A stretch of 52,827 nt of DNA, filler included, from Sphacelaria rigidula (GCA_964200075.2; 4 parts of 4 records of this genome joined end to end with filler, not necessarily neighbours in it); one strand, 5' to 3'; positions 1 to 11,748 are shown, numbered from the whole stretch's first letter. Notes: generated by a model not told the origin, from the letters alone. Numbers and translations: made by a program.

Positions 1-161
1 ACCCTTCATGCGACTCGCCAAGCACACCACGGCGCTTCGCGCGTGGTGGTTTGAGTGCGAGCCTGGTCCGGCGAAAACCCGGCGTGCTCCGTCCCGGCTT
101 TGGAGGGATGCGAGGTCAATGGTCTGATGACTATGGCTTGCATGATCATGAGTACACCCCC
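1..161 (+). mobile_element. 3' end of dispersed non-LTR-like repeat (family A), cut by contig start
   Basis: Aligns by eye with 11156-11311 and 38016-38111. Ends ...GCATGATCATGAGTACACCCC followed by C-rich sequence. Confidence 0.75.
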
Positions 162-537
162 TTTGCCCCTTCACCCCCTCTCCCGCCCACCCAGTTAGGT
201 CTACCTCCAACCTGCCCCTCCTCCACGGGGCATGTCCTTAGTGTCGGGGGAAATCAAGCCTTCTCTTCTCTCCTTGCCATTAATAGGGTGTTTTAATGGT
301 GTTCTGGGGGGACGGCGAATGCTGAAGCATACGAACAAGAGCTCGCACAGGTGAATTCTACTCATGCTAAAAACAATATCCTTGGCCGCCACGTGCTCAT
401 TGTGGGCGAAATGAGTATGCAGATACTAATCCTGCTTTGTGCACAGCACGGGTTTGATGTGGAATATTTGAATGTGGGAACCCGAGCCCGTCTGCTTTGT
501 GTAATATGTTTGATTTTCCCTGTCGCTCCAAAATATC

Positions 538-2811
538 CAGGGGTCTACACGTTACACGTGCCACAGCGTTACACGTTACGTTTTGGCCGAAACGTAACGT
601 GAACGTTAAAAAAAAATTACGTGATGAACGTAACGTGGACGTAACATCAATTTTTTCGACGTGACATAGGTAACGTAACGCGAACGTGTAATTGCCCAAA
701 CGTTCAAATCACGTATAATGACACGTTTCATGTAACGTGTAACGTCTATTACATGTTACACGTGCATTAGACGTCACACGTTACACGTAACGTTATATGT
801 TACGTTACACGTTACATGAAACGTCATGAACACGTCACATGCAGTGGTGAAACTTCAAGTTTGCAATGAATGAAAAAATCCTGGAAGATGGTGCTTCAAT
901 TAACACGAGTGAGTTTGAATGACCATGGTATATAGATATGGTACTATTGTAAAAATTTCGCGCTCTACCCACCACACGTCACATTCATAACATCATAATC
1001 ATCTCGACCACATTCAAGGTTACTTCTCATGTATAAAAGACATGTTGTCAGAAAAGCAGTTTCTCAACAGCGCGATTTTCCACATGAATTTTTAAAGTAG
1101 CCTTCCTCACGATATCCACGCGCTGTCAAAATTGGAAACGCAGTGCTCATCGTTTTTAATGAGGTGAACAGGCATAATTTCAAATTCTGGGGCGCGCGAG
1201 ATAGACGCAGCACTCTGCTGTCGTGTCGTGGTGTACGGTCCGTACTGACTGTCTGTACTACTGTTGTGATACATTGCCTGAGTAATACATGATGGGCTGC
1301 GTGACGGAAGACGATCAATACGAACACCGCCTTGCTGTGCAAACAACTGACTGTAGAAGTGACGGTCGTACTTTTCACTGCACGGTAGTACTTGACTGAA
1401 AGGAAAGCACGGACAAGAGTACACACTACTGTATTGTATGCATTGGCTGTAAACTTTTTCGTGAGATTGAGAGCAGAGCGCTGATTGGGAGTGGCTTCAT
1501 TCATTCGCTTCAACCCAGCCATTTATTCATTCCGTGTGCACGTTTTCTCCCATCCATCACTGGCGTGTGTTACAAGCTAGACGTCAATATCCTACTCAAG
1601 GATATCAAGGGCCTCAGTGGCAAGCTACTACAGAAAGCATACCGGGTCTCGTGGAGGGGCATTTCGGAACTGAAACGGGTAATGCACAACAGTAATTGAC
1701 CGCTTTTCACTCTCAGTCGTATCCTTTACTCTCTATCTCACAAAGACCTTGTTTGTAGCGATGGCTTGGCTGCCATCATCACTGCTGTCGCTGGTGCTCG
1801 CGGGCAGTCAGCGTTTTACTTTATTGTCCTTCGCTCGCCAGTAGCGTGATGGCCCTTACCCCTTACCCCCATGAGAACAAAACAGGGCAGGGTCCATGAC
1901 GAGTGCTGTCAGACACTCTGTATGTAGGTTGGCTGCGCAGCAATGTAGCTCAGTTCATGTCTGCATGCAGCGTGTTGCGAACAGCACTCGAATACAGTAC
2001 AGACTGCCCAGGCTCCCTAGCCCTGTAGGTACTACACCAGTAGCACTACTGCTTATACTGTGGTCTTGTGTGTACAGTCAGTGCGGTCCTATCTCTACAA
2101 GTCTTGGGTGCGTGGGCAGTCTGTACTGCATCGCGAGTGCTGTTCGCATCACGCTGCACACACAGACCTGCAATGCGAGCGACAATGCCCTGTGCTGTTC
2201 TCATGGGGTAAAGAGCTACCATGATACTGGCGAGCGAAGGACAATAAAGCAACACGCTGACTACCCGCGAGCACCAGCGACAGCAGTGTTTATGGCAGCC
2301 AAGCCACCTATGGCTGCTGTCGTGGGCTGGAGGGTGTGTTGGCGTGCGGCGGGATTTCAAACGCGTTTTCTGATCACATAAGAAGCGGGTTATCAGAAAA
2401 CGCGTTCTTTTATAGAGTTTTCTTTATATGTGAGAGCTAGCCGACGGGCCACCGTCAGCGTCACGTACACGGTAACATCAAGCGTAAAACGACACATGAC
2501 AACGCCTCAAACACTGGTAAATGAGCCGCGACATGCACAGAACGAAACGTTACATTCAAACGTTACACGTGTCAACGTAACGTTATATTAGACGTTACAC
2601 TTGACACTGAAACGTTTCATGTTACGTTACATGTAACGAAACGTAACCTTAAATATTTTTCACGTGATGAACGTAACGTTAATTTTTCATGTGAAACGTT
2701 AACGTAACGTTCAAATTTATTTAACGTGACATACGTAACGTAACGTGAACGTTAAATATTTTTTACGTGATGAACGTAACGTGAACGTGAACGTGTAACG
2801 TGTAGACCCTG
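538..2811. mobile_element. Non-autonomous hAT-like DNA transposon
   Basis: TIRs CAGGGGTCTACACGTTACACGT (538) and ACGTGTAACGTGTAGACCCTG (2791-2811). Perfect 8-bp TSD AAAATATC at 530-537 and 2812-2819. About 300 bp of ACGT/AACGT-rich subterminal repeats at both ends. No intact transposase ORF. Confidence 0.9.
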
Positions 2812-3363
2812 AAAATATCCCGGTCTACTGCACACATATCATATGCACACATTGTGAAGGTCAGCTCCTGAGAAGCACAGGTCGGCCAAAGCCTCTGACT
2901 TCGCGTTTACTAGGACTCGTATTTACGAGGTACTTGGGAACCTCCTCAGGGGGAAACCTCTCCTTGTATCACAACCTCCGGCACCAGCCCCACAGCTTGG
3001 AGCCGACCGATTTTAATTTGGCGGTTCGCTCACGTAGGGTCGAACGCCAGCAGAAAAAAACAAAAGCAAAAAATCGTCAAAGTTTTCAAAAACATAAATC
3101 GCCCAGCGGACAAACACAGTGAATGCCCAACCACAGTGAAGTGCCCCTGTGAACAAAACCGAATAACTTACCGGAGAGAGGAAGCATGACATTTCCAACA
3201 GGTGCGCAACATTATTGGAGGTGTGTTTACATTGCTATCGCAATAGATGCCGTCTATTGTCCAGGGTGTGAACTTTATCAGCGACGGAAACGTTCGCGCT
3301 ATCAGAAAGCGAGACATACAAACAACGACAACAACAACAAAAGGCTGTATGACTGTCACGTAC

Positions 3364-3491
3364 CTCATCTGAGGCTGCGCCTCCGGGCAACAACGCAGAA
3401 ACGCCTCCTTCGTCACCTCCAGCAGTATTCCTACCATCAGCACCACCAGCCAAAATGTCCTCACCCGAAGCCTGGCTCCCGGTAGCACCAT
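3364..3491 (-). CDS. Putative first exon, unknown protein with hydrophobic N-terminus (MVLPGARLRVRTFWLVVLMVGILLEVTKEAFLRCCPEAQPQM)
   Basis: GGCGGCG-ATG context, TM/signal-like stretch, AG|GTACGT donor at 3363. Downstream exons not resolved. Confidence 0.3.
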
Positions 3492-4185
3492 CGCCGCCAC
3501 CCGCGCCCGGCGTTCCCGCTGACTCCTGGTGCCGTGCGTGGATGTGCCATTCAAACCACGATTAGTACGTCCAGGTCTAAATGACCAACCACAATCCACA
3601 CGATGAGCTAGACAAATCGAAATTTCGAGTACACTATTATAGTTGGCAAAGCACGATACACTTGACAATTTTTCGCAAATCCGGAAAAGCGAAACAGCGG
3701 AAGGCAGAAACGCGATCGACAAGAGATTGACCATGTCTGCTTGCAAATAGCTGCCGTCAAATCCAGACCAAGCAAGGGAAGGCTACGTTGGTGAATCACA
3801 CCACCACAAGACGATCCACACATAGCCCGCACAGATCGGAGCATGTAGATAGAGAAATAAACAGGTCCTGCGGGCAGCAAGCACCAACACAGCGAACGAA
3901 CGGTCGGTATTCTAGCGCCAGAGGAATTGCAGAGGTTTGGCCATGAGGCCATTGGACCATCACACTTCACTTTCGGATAGGTTTGGAAAATCAACTACAA
4001 CTTTCGACTCATTGCGTTTTGGGCAAGGATCAAGCACACACATGCCCAACACGTCGTGCCCAGCCGCTCCCAAAATCTTGAAACAGTGAAAGGTTGTCAC
4101 CACACATGACGCTGAGCAATGACGCGGCCCGGTGGTCTAGTAGTCCGACTGTCATCATTATGGTGGAGAGAACGAGGGTTCGAAT

Positions 4186-4322
4186 GCGTTGGATCTTTTC
4201 TTCCAAGTATCTGATTCCCATCGTCGAAAGCGTTGGATCTTTTCTTCCAAGTATCTGATTCCCATCGTCGAAAGCGTTGGATCTTTTCTTCCAAGTATCT
4301 GATTCCCATCGTCGAAAGCGTT
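4186..4322 (+). repeat. Three perfect tandem copies of a 44-bp unit
   Basis: GCGTTGGATCTTTTCTTCCAAGTATCTGATTCCCATCGTCGAAA starts at 4186, 4230 and 4274. No spacers. Confidence 0.95.
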
Positions 4323-4500
4323 AACATCCGGGTAGACAAAAGTAGTCGAATGTGACTGAGTTTGTTTGACGATAGTTGAAGCGGTGCGGAAGTGCTGATT
4401 GTCATGATTCAATCCGCGACCAAAGTGCAAGGCGTGTACCGGGAAGAGATTGGTTGGTCCCTTGAGACCACGAACTCGTCCCGAGCGAGGAAGGGGAGGG
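4323..4500 (+). repeat. Dispersed repeat family B copy
   Basis: Core GGAGAGATGGGTTGATCCCTTGAGACCACGGACTCGTCCCGAG-like motif recurs at about 7293, 8060-8118 (minus), 10965, 14341, 17292 and 18011. Upstream sequence is similar to 14250-14340 and 17220-17290. Confidence 0.75.
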
Positions 4501-4748
4501 GATGAAAGTGGGACAGATGGAGAGAGAGACAACGAGAAGACAACGCACGGTCGTTTTGAAGGCGCTGCCCATCGTTTTCGGACCGTCTTCGTATATTTCA
4601 AGACGTGACCCGGACCTCTCCAGTTACTTCCAGTGCCGACAGGGACGACCCCAACCAACGAGTAACAACTGCGGCGTAGGGACGATCCCAACCCACGAGT
4701 AACTAGCGCACGGTATAACAAAACTCGCCGCACAGGGAGGGAACTCAC

Positions 4749-4888
4749 CGAGGCAGGCGCAGAAGAGCTTCCGGCAAGAGCGACCAGCGCCGGGTTTCTC
4801 CCCACGCTGGCGCGTGACTCATCAAAGGCAGAGGAGCTGTTCGCGCTCGATTTCCCCTGAACCCGGACTAACACGGTCGGTCGGCTGC
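4749..4888 (-). CDS. Possible internal exon, low-complexity Ser/Ala-rich
   Basis: (TG)n + TTTCTGTTGTGCAG acceptor and CG|GTGAGT donor, open frame. No recognisable homology. Confidence 0.25.
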
Positions 4889-5842
4889 CTGCACAACAGA
4901 AACACACACGCGCGCGCACGCACACACGCACACGCTCACACACCCATTGGGGGAGAACATAAACCTGTGAACCTGTGAAGGAGACTAGTGATCGGTAGGT
5001 GCTGGGACGACGTTGGAGGGCGACATCAGTGAACAGGAGAAAAATGGCATGTACAAAGCGGTGTCCAGACGACAAAACCAAGTATCTTCGATCTATAGCA
5101 CACAAACTGATCGCATCTCAACGCACAAAAAGAAATACAGAAATAAAACAAAGGAAGAGAAAGTTTCAAAACTTCCTCCAGTACAGTGGAACTAGAGACT
5201 TCATTTGTGCCACCACGCTTGATACCGCCGTCAACGTATGCCGTGGCTTGCATCAGCTCGAGAATATTAGAGTGTGTACCAAGAGAAATCGCTGTCCCCA
5301 AGGCTTCGAGGACGCAAAACGTGTTCCAATTATCACGTTTATTTTGAGGCACGTCTGTTTCTTGTCCAGTCTTGACGAGCAACGATTACGGGGTGATAAC
5401 GTTCATTGAACGAAACTCGCCGCCGAAGGATTTCCAACGCAGTGCTGGTGCGGAAGTGAGTGAAGGACTCCAACTTCCATGCCTCCGGACAGTGAAAAGG
5501 AGGTTTTGCGCACGTTTCTCCGCAGCGGCCGAAACGAAGTAGGAAGCATCGGCACCGGAAAAGAGCTTGTGAGTACAGCTTTCGAGAATGCGAATCGTCA
5601 CATATCATGGTTCATCACATCGAAGAACCCGAGTCTTGGCTTACAGTTCCGAAACTGTAAAGCGTATGCAATAGCCATTGTCCATTGTGATTCCAGAGAC
5701 AGGTACAGAACAGCACAGCACAACATCCGTACAGTACATTTTTGTTTTGAAGTGACGTTTTACGGTAACTGACATCCTTCCTGCTGAGCATTTGATTGAT
5801 TGATTGATTGATTGTCGCACTTTAACTGACCCCCCAGGGGTC

Positions 5843-5896
5843 TATGCGAGGTCAACGGTCTTACGACTATGGCACGCAGGATCATGGGTACACCCA
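5843..5896 (+). mobile_element. Severely 5'-truncated family A copy with TSD
   Basis: 54-bp 3' end of family A flanked by direct repeat CCCAGGGGTC (5833-5842, 5897-5906). Confidence 0.8.
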
Positions 5897-6662
5897 CCCA
5901 GGGGTCATGATCCAGCCGTGGTCACATGATAGACGTACGTACCCAAGAACATCAAAACTGAAACACTCGCTGAGGGAAAAAAAAGAACAGAAAAAAGACG
6001 AACAAAACGACAAAGTAGACCAAGACGTACAAAAAATACATACGGCTCAAATATCAATTTTACAATCACGGGATCATTTCTGATAAATATGCTCGGCGAG
6101 CTGAGAGAGACGACAGAAGCAGGACAAAGACATGCTAGGTAGAACATCATGTGCTGGTCTTGCTCGTTCGCTTTCCGTCTCGCGTCTTTACAACTCCTGC
6201 TTGTAGAGCTGGTGCCCCGCCACGCAGTCAGCATGCACGTCGCGCACAGCAATAAACCATGGCTCAAAGTAAATGGAAGGCATACGCTACACGATGCGTA
6301 GGACATGACACCGCATGAAAGACTCTACGCCACATCACTCTGCGATGCACGCGAAACAGCTTGAGACGCCTCAACGGCAGCTCTCTAAGAGCACCGAATG
6401 ATTGTTGGGAACTTGCAGCGCATACCAAATGAGGGAAGACAAAGGCCTGCGCAGATGACCTTTCTCGTGCCGTTCTCATGAACGAGAAGTCATTCCCGGA
6501 GTGAAGGGGTTGGGAAAGAGAAGGTACAGGAGTTTTCGCCGCTGAATATAATCAGGATACATCCGCGGGGGCAAACCGCCAACGAGCAGAAAACGGTCTC
6601 AACAGGGGTGATGCAAACTACGCGCTGGGCCGGCCAAGGCTCCATCGCTACAGTTCACAGGC

Positions 6663-6934
6663 CATGCGCGGCGCAATCTTTCGGATTCCTGGGCGAAAAT
6701 TCGAAATCACTGAAACAATACTAACACTTAGGCCTGCCCTATCCCCGCGATCGGCCATTATATTTTCAACCCCACCTCCGGCACCTCCGGGCCACGCAAC
6801 GTATTGGGCTGTCTTCAGCTTCCATAAGTATTTGCAAAAATACAAATGACAGATTGCGGGGATAGGGTAAGCTTATGTGTTGTTTCTCTGGTGTCAAGTT
6901 ATACCCCGATATTCGAAGAATTGCGCCGTGCATG
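6663..6934. mobile_element. MITE with long diverged inverted repeats
   Basis: CATGCGCGGCGCAAT...CCCTATCCCCGCGATC (6663-6752) is the approximate reverse complement of 6852-6934 (...ATTGCGCCGTGCATG). Confidence 0.7.
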
Positions 6935-6955
6935 ATCGTTTTCGCGTGAGCATCC

Positions 6956-7131
6956 CACACACTGTACAATATATGATCAATACATTAAATGGACCAAAAA
7001 CGTACCGCATTAAGTATAGGTCTATCGCAACCCTTGTCGGTCGACAATAGGTGCAATAGGCCCATACTTACGCCAGTACAGTTTTGGTCTATTGTATCTA
7101 TTGACCATGTATTGCCGTTATCCAGGGTGTG
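6956..7131. mobile_element. Palindromic MITE (CACAC...GTGTG family)
   Basis: Similar to 46601-46770. Degenerate 8-bp TSD GAGCATCC/GAGCATAA. Confidence 0.75.
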
Positions 7132-7149
7132 GAGCATAACCAGCCGCCG

Positions 7150-8245
7150 TACCCCGGTGGTGTAAACTGAAACGGTCGGACTGTCAGCATTAGGGTGGGG
7201 AGAACGTGGGTTCAAACGCCGCCAGATCCGTTCATTTTTTTCCTTGAAAATACAACATAGAGTGATTTTCACCGCCGAGGCCGTCAGAACGTGAGGAGAG
7301 ATGGCTTCATCCCTTGAGACTGTTAGACACGGACTCGTCCCGAGAAATGGGGAGGAATTGAGAGTAAGACGAGGAAAAGGGGAGGGACGTGTGCCGATAA
7401 TATACGAGGCTAGGTAGTAGAGCACGTGCCAAATATTGGCCAGGGGGAAAGTATGGGCGATTCTGCAAGGTATGATGGCTTTGATGGGACGATAGAATAT
7501 CCGGACGTCTGCGCAGCATGAGGTAAGCCACTGGGTCGGCGGTATCCGCATTCACGAGTGCCACACCGCCACAGGTGCGTCGTACGTTGTGTATTACACG
7601 TTGCAACACCTCGACCGCTAGGCCTCCTTTCGGGACCATATTATTGCGGGACCTTTTTGGTGCCGAATCCCGCGCATCATACATCATACTCACGTGAGTT
7701 TCAAATAGAAATGGTACAATGCAGAGGAAAGTTCCGCCGATTTTTTCGTATAAGACGGCTTCGATGGGACGATGAATAATAATGTTGTCCCGAGAGGAGG
7801 TTTGGCAGCCAAGGGAATGAATGCTACGTGTAGTAAAAAAAGAACAACGCGCCTGGTGGGGGTGTGGGACTTGCGCATGCGGATGCCGCCGACCAAGTCG
7901 GTAACCTCACGCCGCGCAGACATCAAGATACTTCATCGTCCCATCAAAGCTATCACACGTGACAGAATCGCCCGTACTTCTCTCCCGGCGGAAACTTGGG
8001 CACGTGCTATACTTGACTGTATATTTTCGGCACACGGATTCTTTTTTGTCACACCCTAAACCCCTCCGCTTCCCCGAGAATAGTCTGTGGTCTCCAGGGA
8101 TCAACCCATCTCTCCCAACATCTGCACGCTCTCGACGTTGGAAATCCTACATTTCAAAAAAAAAAAAAAACGCAAATGGCGGGGATCCACCCCGCGACTC
8201 TCTTCACCCTAATGGTGACAGTCTGATCATTAGGCCGGGGTTTCA
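7150..8245. repeat. Large diverged inverted repeat (two family B arms) around a ~130-bp spacer
   Basis: About 7150-7647 matches the reverse complement of about 7775-8245 (e.g. CTGTCAGCATTAGGGTG vs CACCCTAATGGTGACAG). Mirrored peptides appear in the ORF track. Confidence 0.8.
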
Positions 8246-8576
8246 CCGTATACTTGACCCAGTATAACTTCGCAGACGACCTTTTTCCTTTGTATGAACA
8301 TCCTTGAGTCCATCAAGAGCTGTCGGAGCACACCCATGACGATCTCTCGATCACAGGGATATATTCACTTGGCGTTGTATCGCCACGGTTCCCGAGATAT
8401 GTTCGGTGAAAGGTCTTTAAGGTTTGCAGGTCAGCCCAACTCGTACCTGGACAAGCAACAATGATTCCAATTAAAACAAATGCCGTACCTTTCATTGTGA
8501 AACATCCCGCTTCAGCTGACGATCATCTGTAATCTGCTAACACGACATACAAGCACGAAAAAATCTCATGGCGTAC

Positions 8577-8867
8577 TTAACCCTCACAATGTTCCCACTC
8601 TACCGAATGTGCAGCAATGACACTACACTCTCCGGCTGCATTTTCAGGAATTCCATTACCTTTCGCCCGTGCCGCACTGCTACAGCCGTTTTCCGTCACA
8701 TTCGGATGTGTGTGATGCGAATCATCAGTCCATCCGAGGGCGTCGACGCTGTTAGTGCTCGCATGACTAGCATGCCGATCGCGATGCCGGCCGCTGCCTT
8801 CGTCGGACGAGTGTGGTCCTTCGTTGCTGCTATGGCCGTGAGGCATCGGTAACCCCATCTGTCGAAC
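8577..8867 (-). CDS. Myb-like (SHAQKYF/GARP) transcription factor, probable last exon
   Basis: TTTTTGCAG acceptor, phase 0 consistent with previous exon. VRQMGLPMPHGH...HCEG-TAA. Confidence 0.65.
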   Translation of the reverse strand, partial: VRQMGLPMPHGHSSNEGPHSSDEGSGRHRDRHASHASTNSVDALGWTDDSHHTHPNVTENGCSSAARAKGNGIPENAAGECSVIAAHSVEWEHCEG

Positions 8868-9220
8868 CTGCAAAAAGCATACAACAGCGGTACCATTCAC
8901 ATGTAATCGGGTTACGGACATGCGCCAAGGGTTGTGGAGAAGAGGGGGAGGGGGGAGTCCGTTCAACATACAGCACATGTCGTGAGATCCTTCAACCACA
9001 GTTTAATGCAACCGACACAGCGCCTCATTGGGCACATAGACTCATTGCGGCACCAAACTGCCCCATATGTTCTCGCCGGCCGAGGGGGTAAAGGCCGCCA
9101 TGATGATATGATGAACTGAGACATTACGTGAAAGTTAGGCCATCAATTTTGACTTCTGTATACCCGAGCTCTCGAAGTGTATCATCTTGTGCATGGTATT
9201 AACTACATTGGTCATGTCAC

Positions 9221-9298
9221 CTTGTCCATGATTGCGGCATGAAGAGCCTCTTGTGTTTCGATTGCTCGCACCAATACTCCGTGCGCGCTCCGCTGCAC
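9221..9298 (-). CDS. Myb-like TF exon (coiled-coil part VQRSAHGVLVRAIETQEALHAAIMDK)
   Basis: CTAAC branch point, ATGCAG acceptor, AAG|GTGACA donor, 78 nt, phase 0/0. Confidence 0.75.
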
Positions 9299-9516
9299 CT
9301 GCATAATCCGGATCAGGTTTGGGACTCAGAGTTAGCGATGAGTCACGGGCGAGCACAGCAAGGTCGGGGGCAATGTCTACTTTGGACTAAGACTCGAGAA
9401 GAAATCAAAGCTACGCTCCTTACGGTTCGAGACGTTAGTAGTACAGCATATATAGACGACTCCTCACGTCACCATAAACTATCATCATAACGATAACCAT
9501 GAAAAATCGACGACGG

Positions 9517-9763
9517 ACTGCTGCCGAGATAGCCCCCCCCTCAAACCGGCCATAAACGTGCACGGAGGCGATGATTATAACTGCCGTTAAAGCTGGTTTC
9601 GTGCTGCACGACGCCACTGATTTGGGCGTTATAGCTGATTTCGGACTGCTACACGCCTGTCATGTGGGCGAAATTGCTGCAAACGAGCCCAATAGTGAGA
9701 TCGCAGCCGGTTCGTTGGATGGTGCCGGCGCACTTTCTGTGGGGGGGCTATCTCGGCATTAGT
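9517..9763. mobile_element. Intronic MITE
   Basis: TIR core TGCCGAGATAGCCCCCCC (9522-9539) / GGGGGGGCTATCTCGGCA (9741-9758). Flanks CGACGACGG / CGACGAACGG resemble a ~9-bp TSD. Confidence 0.75.
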
Positions 9764-10014
9764 CGACGAACGGCCACACAGCTGTGCCCTTTCAGACATT
9801 GTCCAACAGGGAAACAGACACCACGTTACTCTTGCCGAATTTTCAATATTTCAACTGTACGAGCGGGACAAGCACAAGGCTGAATAGCCACCACTGCTCA
9901 ACTGTTAGAGCAAAACGGCAGCCAAACAGCAATACGCACCGCTCGTTTTGCGAAAGCCAAACAGCCAAGTAGCTACAAGCAGCCACCTCAATGGTGCTCG
10001 CGAAAACATCCCAC

Positions 10015-10153
10015 CTGCACGCATTGGCCCATCAGCTCGACGCTTCGCTTCATTTGCTGACTATCCAACTGCTCCATGGCACTCGCCAGCTCCCTGGGCA
10101 TCTCGAATGCTTCCCTCAAGTCGTCCATTTCGATCGAATTTGCCTCCGCTAGC
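10015..10153 (-). CDS. Myb-like TF exon (LAEANSIEMDDLREAFEMPRELASAMEQLDSQQMKRSVELMGQCVQ)
   Basis: GTGTGCAG acceptor, CAG|GTGGGA donor, phase 2/0 consistent with neighbours. Confidence 0.8.
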
Positions 10154-10382
10154 CTGCACACGACGAAATACCGGTAAAATGGAGGGACGAATAGTAGCCG
10201 CGGGGCGGTGCGGTTACCGGTTCTAGGAACTTGGATATGCCATCCCATTGTCGTCTGTGCTCCTCCGCGAAAAGGATCGAATATAGCCCAACACGTGTAC
10301 TGTGAAATGTCCCACTCAAAGAACACGGGATGTACATTGCCAACAACAACAACAGCAGCAGCAGCAGCAGCAATAGCCATAC

Positions 10383-10619
10383 CCGGGGAGCGAAAAGGTG
10401 CCGTTGGGGTGCTGCTTCAGGCTCAACGCCAACCCTAACCCTACTCCAGGAGACGAGATGCCCTTCTGGGCTAACTCCTCCGGCGTGTCCAAGTTGTCAC
10501 CGCCGAGAGCGCTGCGCATCTGATACCGAAAGCTCCTGAGCTTTTGTAGGCAGCTCTTCATCGCCTCCGGCTCTAATGACCTGACATCACGCCCAAATCG
10601 TTGGAGCATTTGTAGTAAG
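10383..10619 (-). CDS. Myb-like TF exon containing recognition helix variant SLEPEAMKSCLQKLR
   Basis: CCGTGCAG acceptor, GG|GTATGG donor, phase 2/2. Motif resembles LTxExIKSHLQKYR. Confidence 0.8.
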
Positions 10620-10997
10620 CTGCACGGTATTGATACGGTGCATTCACATCGCGCTTGAGCCTTTCACGTTTCCTCGGGCTGGTTTCCATATGTTTCCAAA
10701 GATGCTGGTTGGGCATTGTATCTATGCAGGTGATGACCGTATATGGAGACTCGCCGGGCGCGAACTAGCACTGCCCAACAAACCGCGTGTGGCGTGGCTC
10801 CAGAGGGTGTGTTTCGTCAGAACCCGCGCGCGCAGCAATTAAGCTTTGTGTCACATATTGGTCATACTGCAAACATACGAGCTCGAGATACTTTGCGCCT
10901 TGATTGATCGGCTAGATGATTGTCGCACACCAACTGATCCCCTATGAATAGATATCATGATCCGGGGGAGAGATGGGCTGATCCCTTGAGATCACGG

Positions 10998-11311
10998 GGG
11001 TGAAAATGGTGAGACACCCATGAGGCAGTGTATAAGCTGTGGCTGTCTCTGGGAGTGGCGACACCAGAACATAAAGCAACTCATCTTGGGCTGTCATCCA
11101 AATGCAAGATAATCAGTGGGCTTTGGGCCGAAAAATCTTGGCAGGATGCAGCTCAACCCTTCATGCGACTCGCCGAACTCACCATGGCGCTTCGCGCTTG
11201 GTGAACGAGAGCGAGCCTGGTCCGGCGAAAACCGGGCGTGCTCCGTCCCAACTTTGTAGGGACGCGAGGTTAATAGTCTTATGACTTTGGCATGCATGAT
11301 CATGAGTGAAC
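10998..11311 (+). mobile_element. 5'-truncated family A copy nested in a family B repeat
   Basis: Flanked by CCCTTGAGATCA(C/T)GG (10983-10997, 11312-11326). Removing the insert restores the family B core motif. Confidence 0.85.
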
Positions 11312-11748
11312 CCCTTGAGATCATGGACCCATCCCGAGAAAGAGGAGGGGTTCGAACTGCGACAAAAAAAAAAAAATCCAGCCGTCGTCATCTGATACAC
11401 ATGCCCGAGGTCAATAAGAACGGCAACACATGCTATAACAGAGAAAGCTCGAGGAAGGGGTGTGATTAAGATACCTATCAAACAGTGAACTAACGCACGA
11501 GAAATACGCAACACCAGAAGCTTCGCATTGAATAAACAAGCAGCACTCGGCATGTACCTGTCTGGACATACAGTGCACGTCCGATGGCCGCAGCTTGGCT
11601 TCTGAATAGGACACAGCCATATTTTGGAATTTGCACTTCATCACAATCTGAGCCGGGTGCGCGCATATTGGTAATAAACTCCTCAAACATCATTTTGGGT
11701 ATCGTTTGCGCGGGCATTGTGTTTCACTACCCAAGTCATGCCTCTCAC

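Noticed and set aside
4186..4322. CRISPR array
   Set aside because: Units are contiguous with no spacers, there are no cas genes, and the context is eukaryotic.
4158..5105. 315-aa ORF as a gene
   Set aside because: Runs through a microsatellite, a family B repeat and the 44-bp tandem. At most one short internal exon is plausible.
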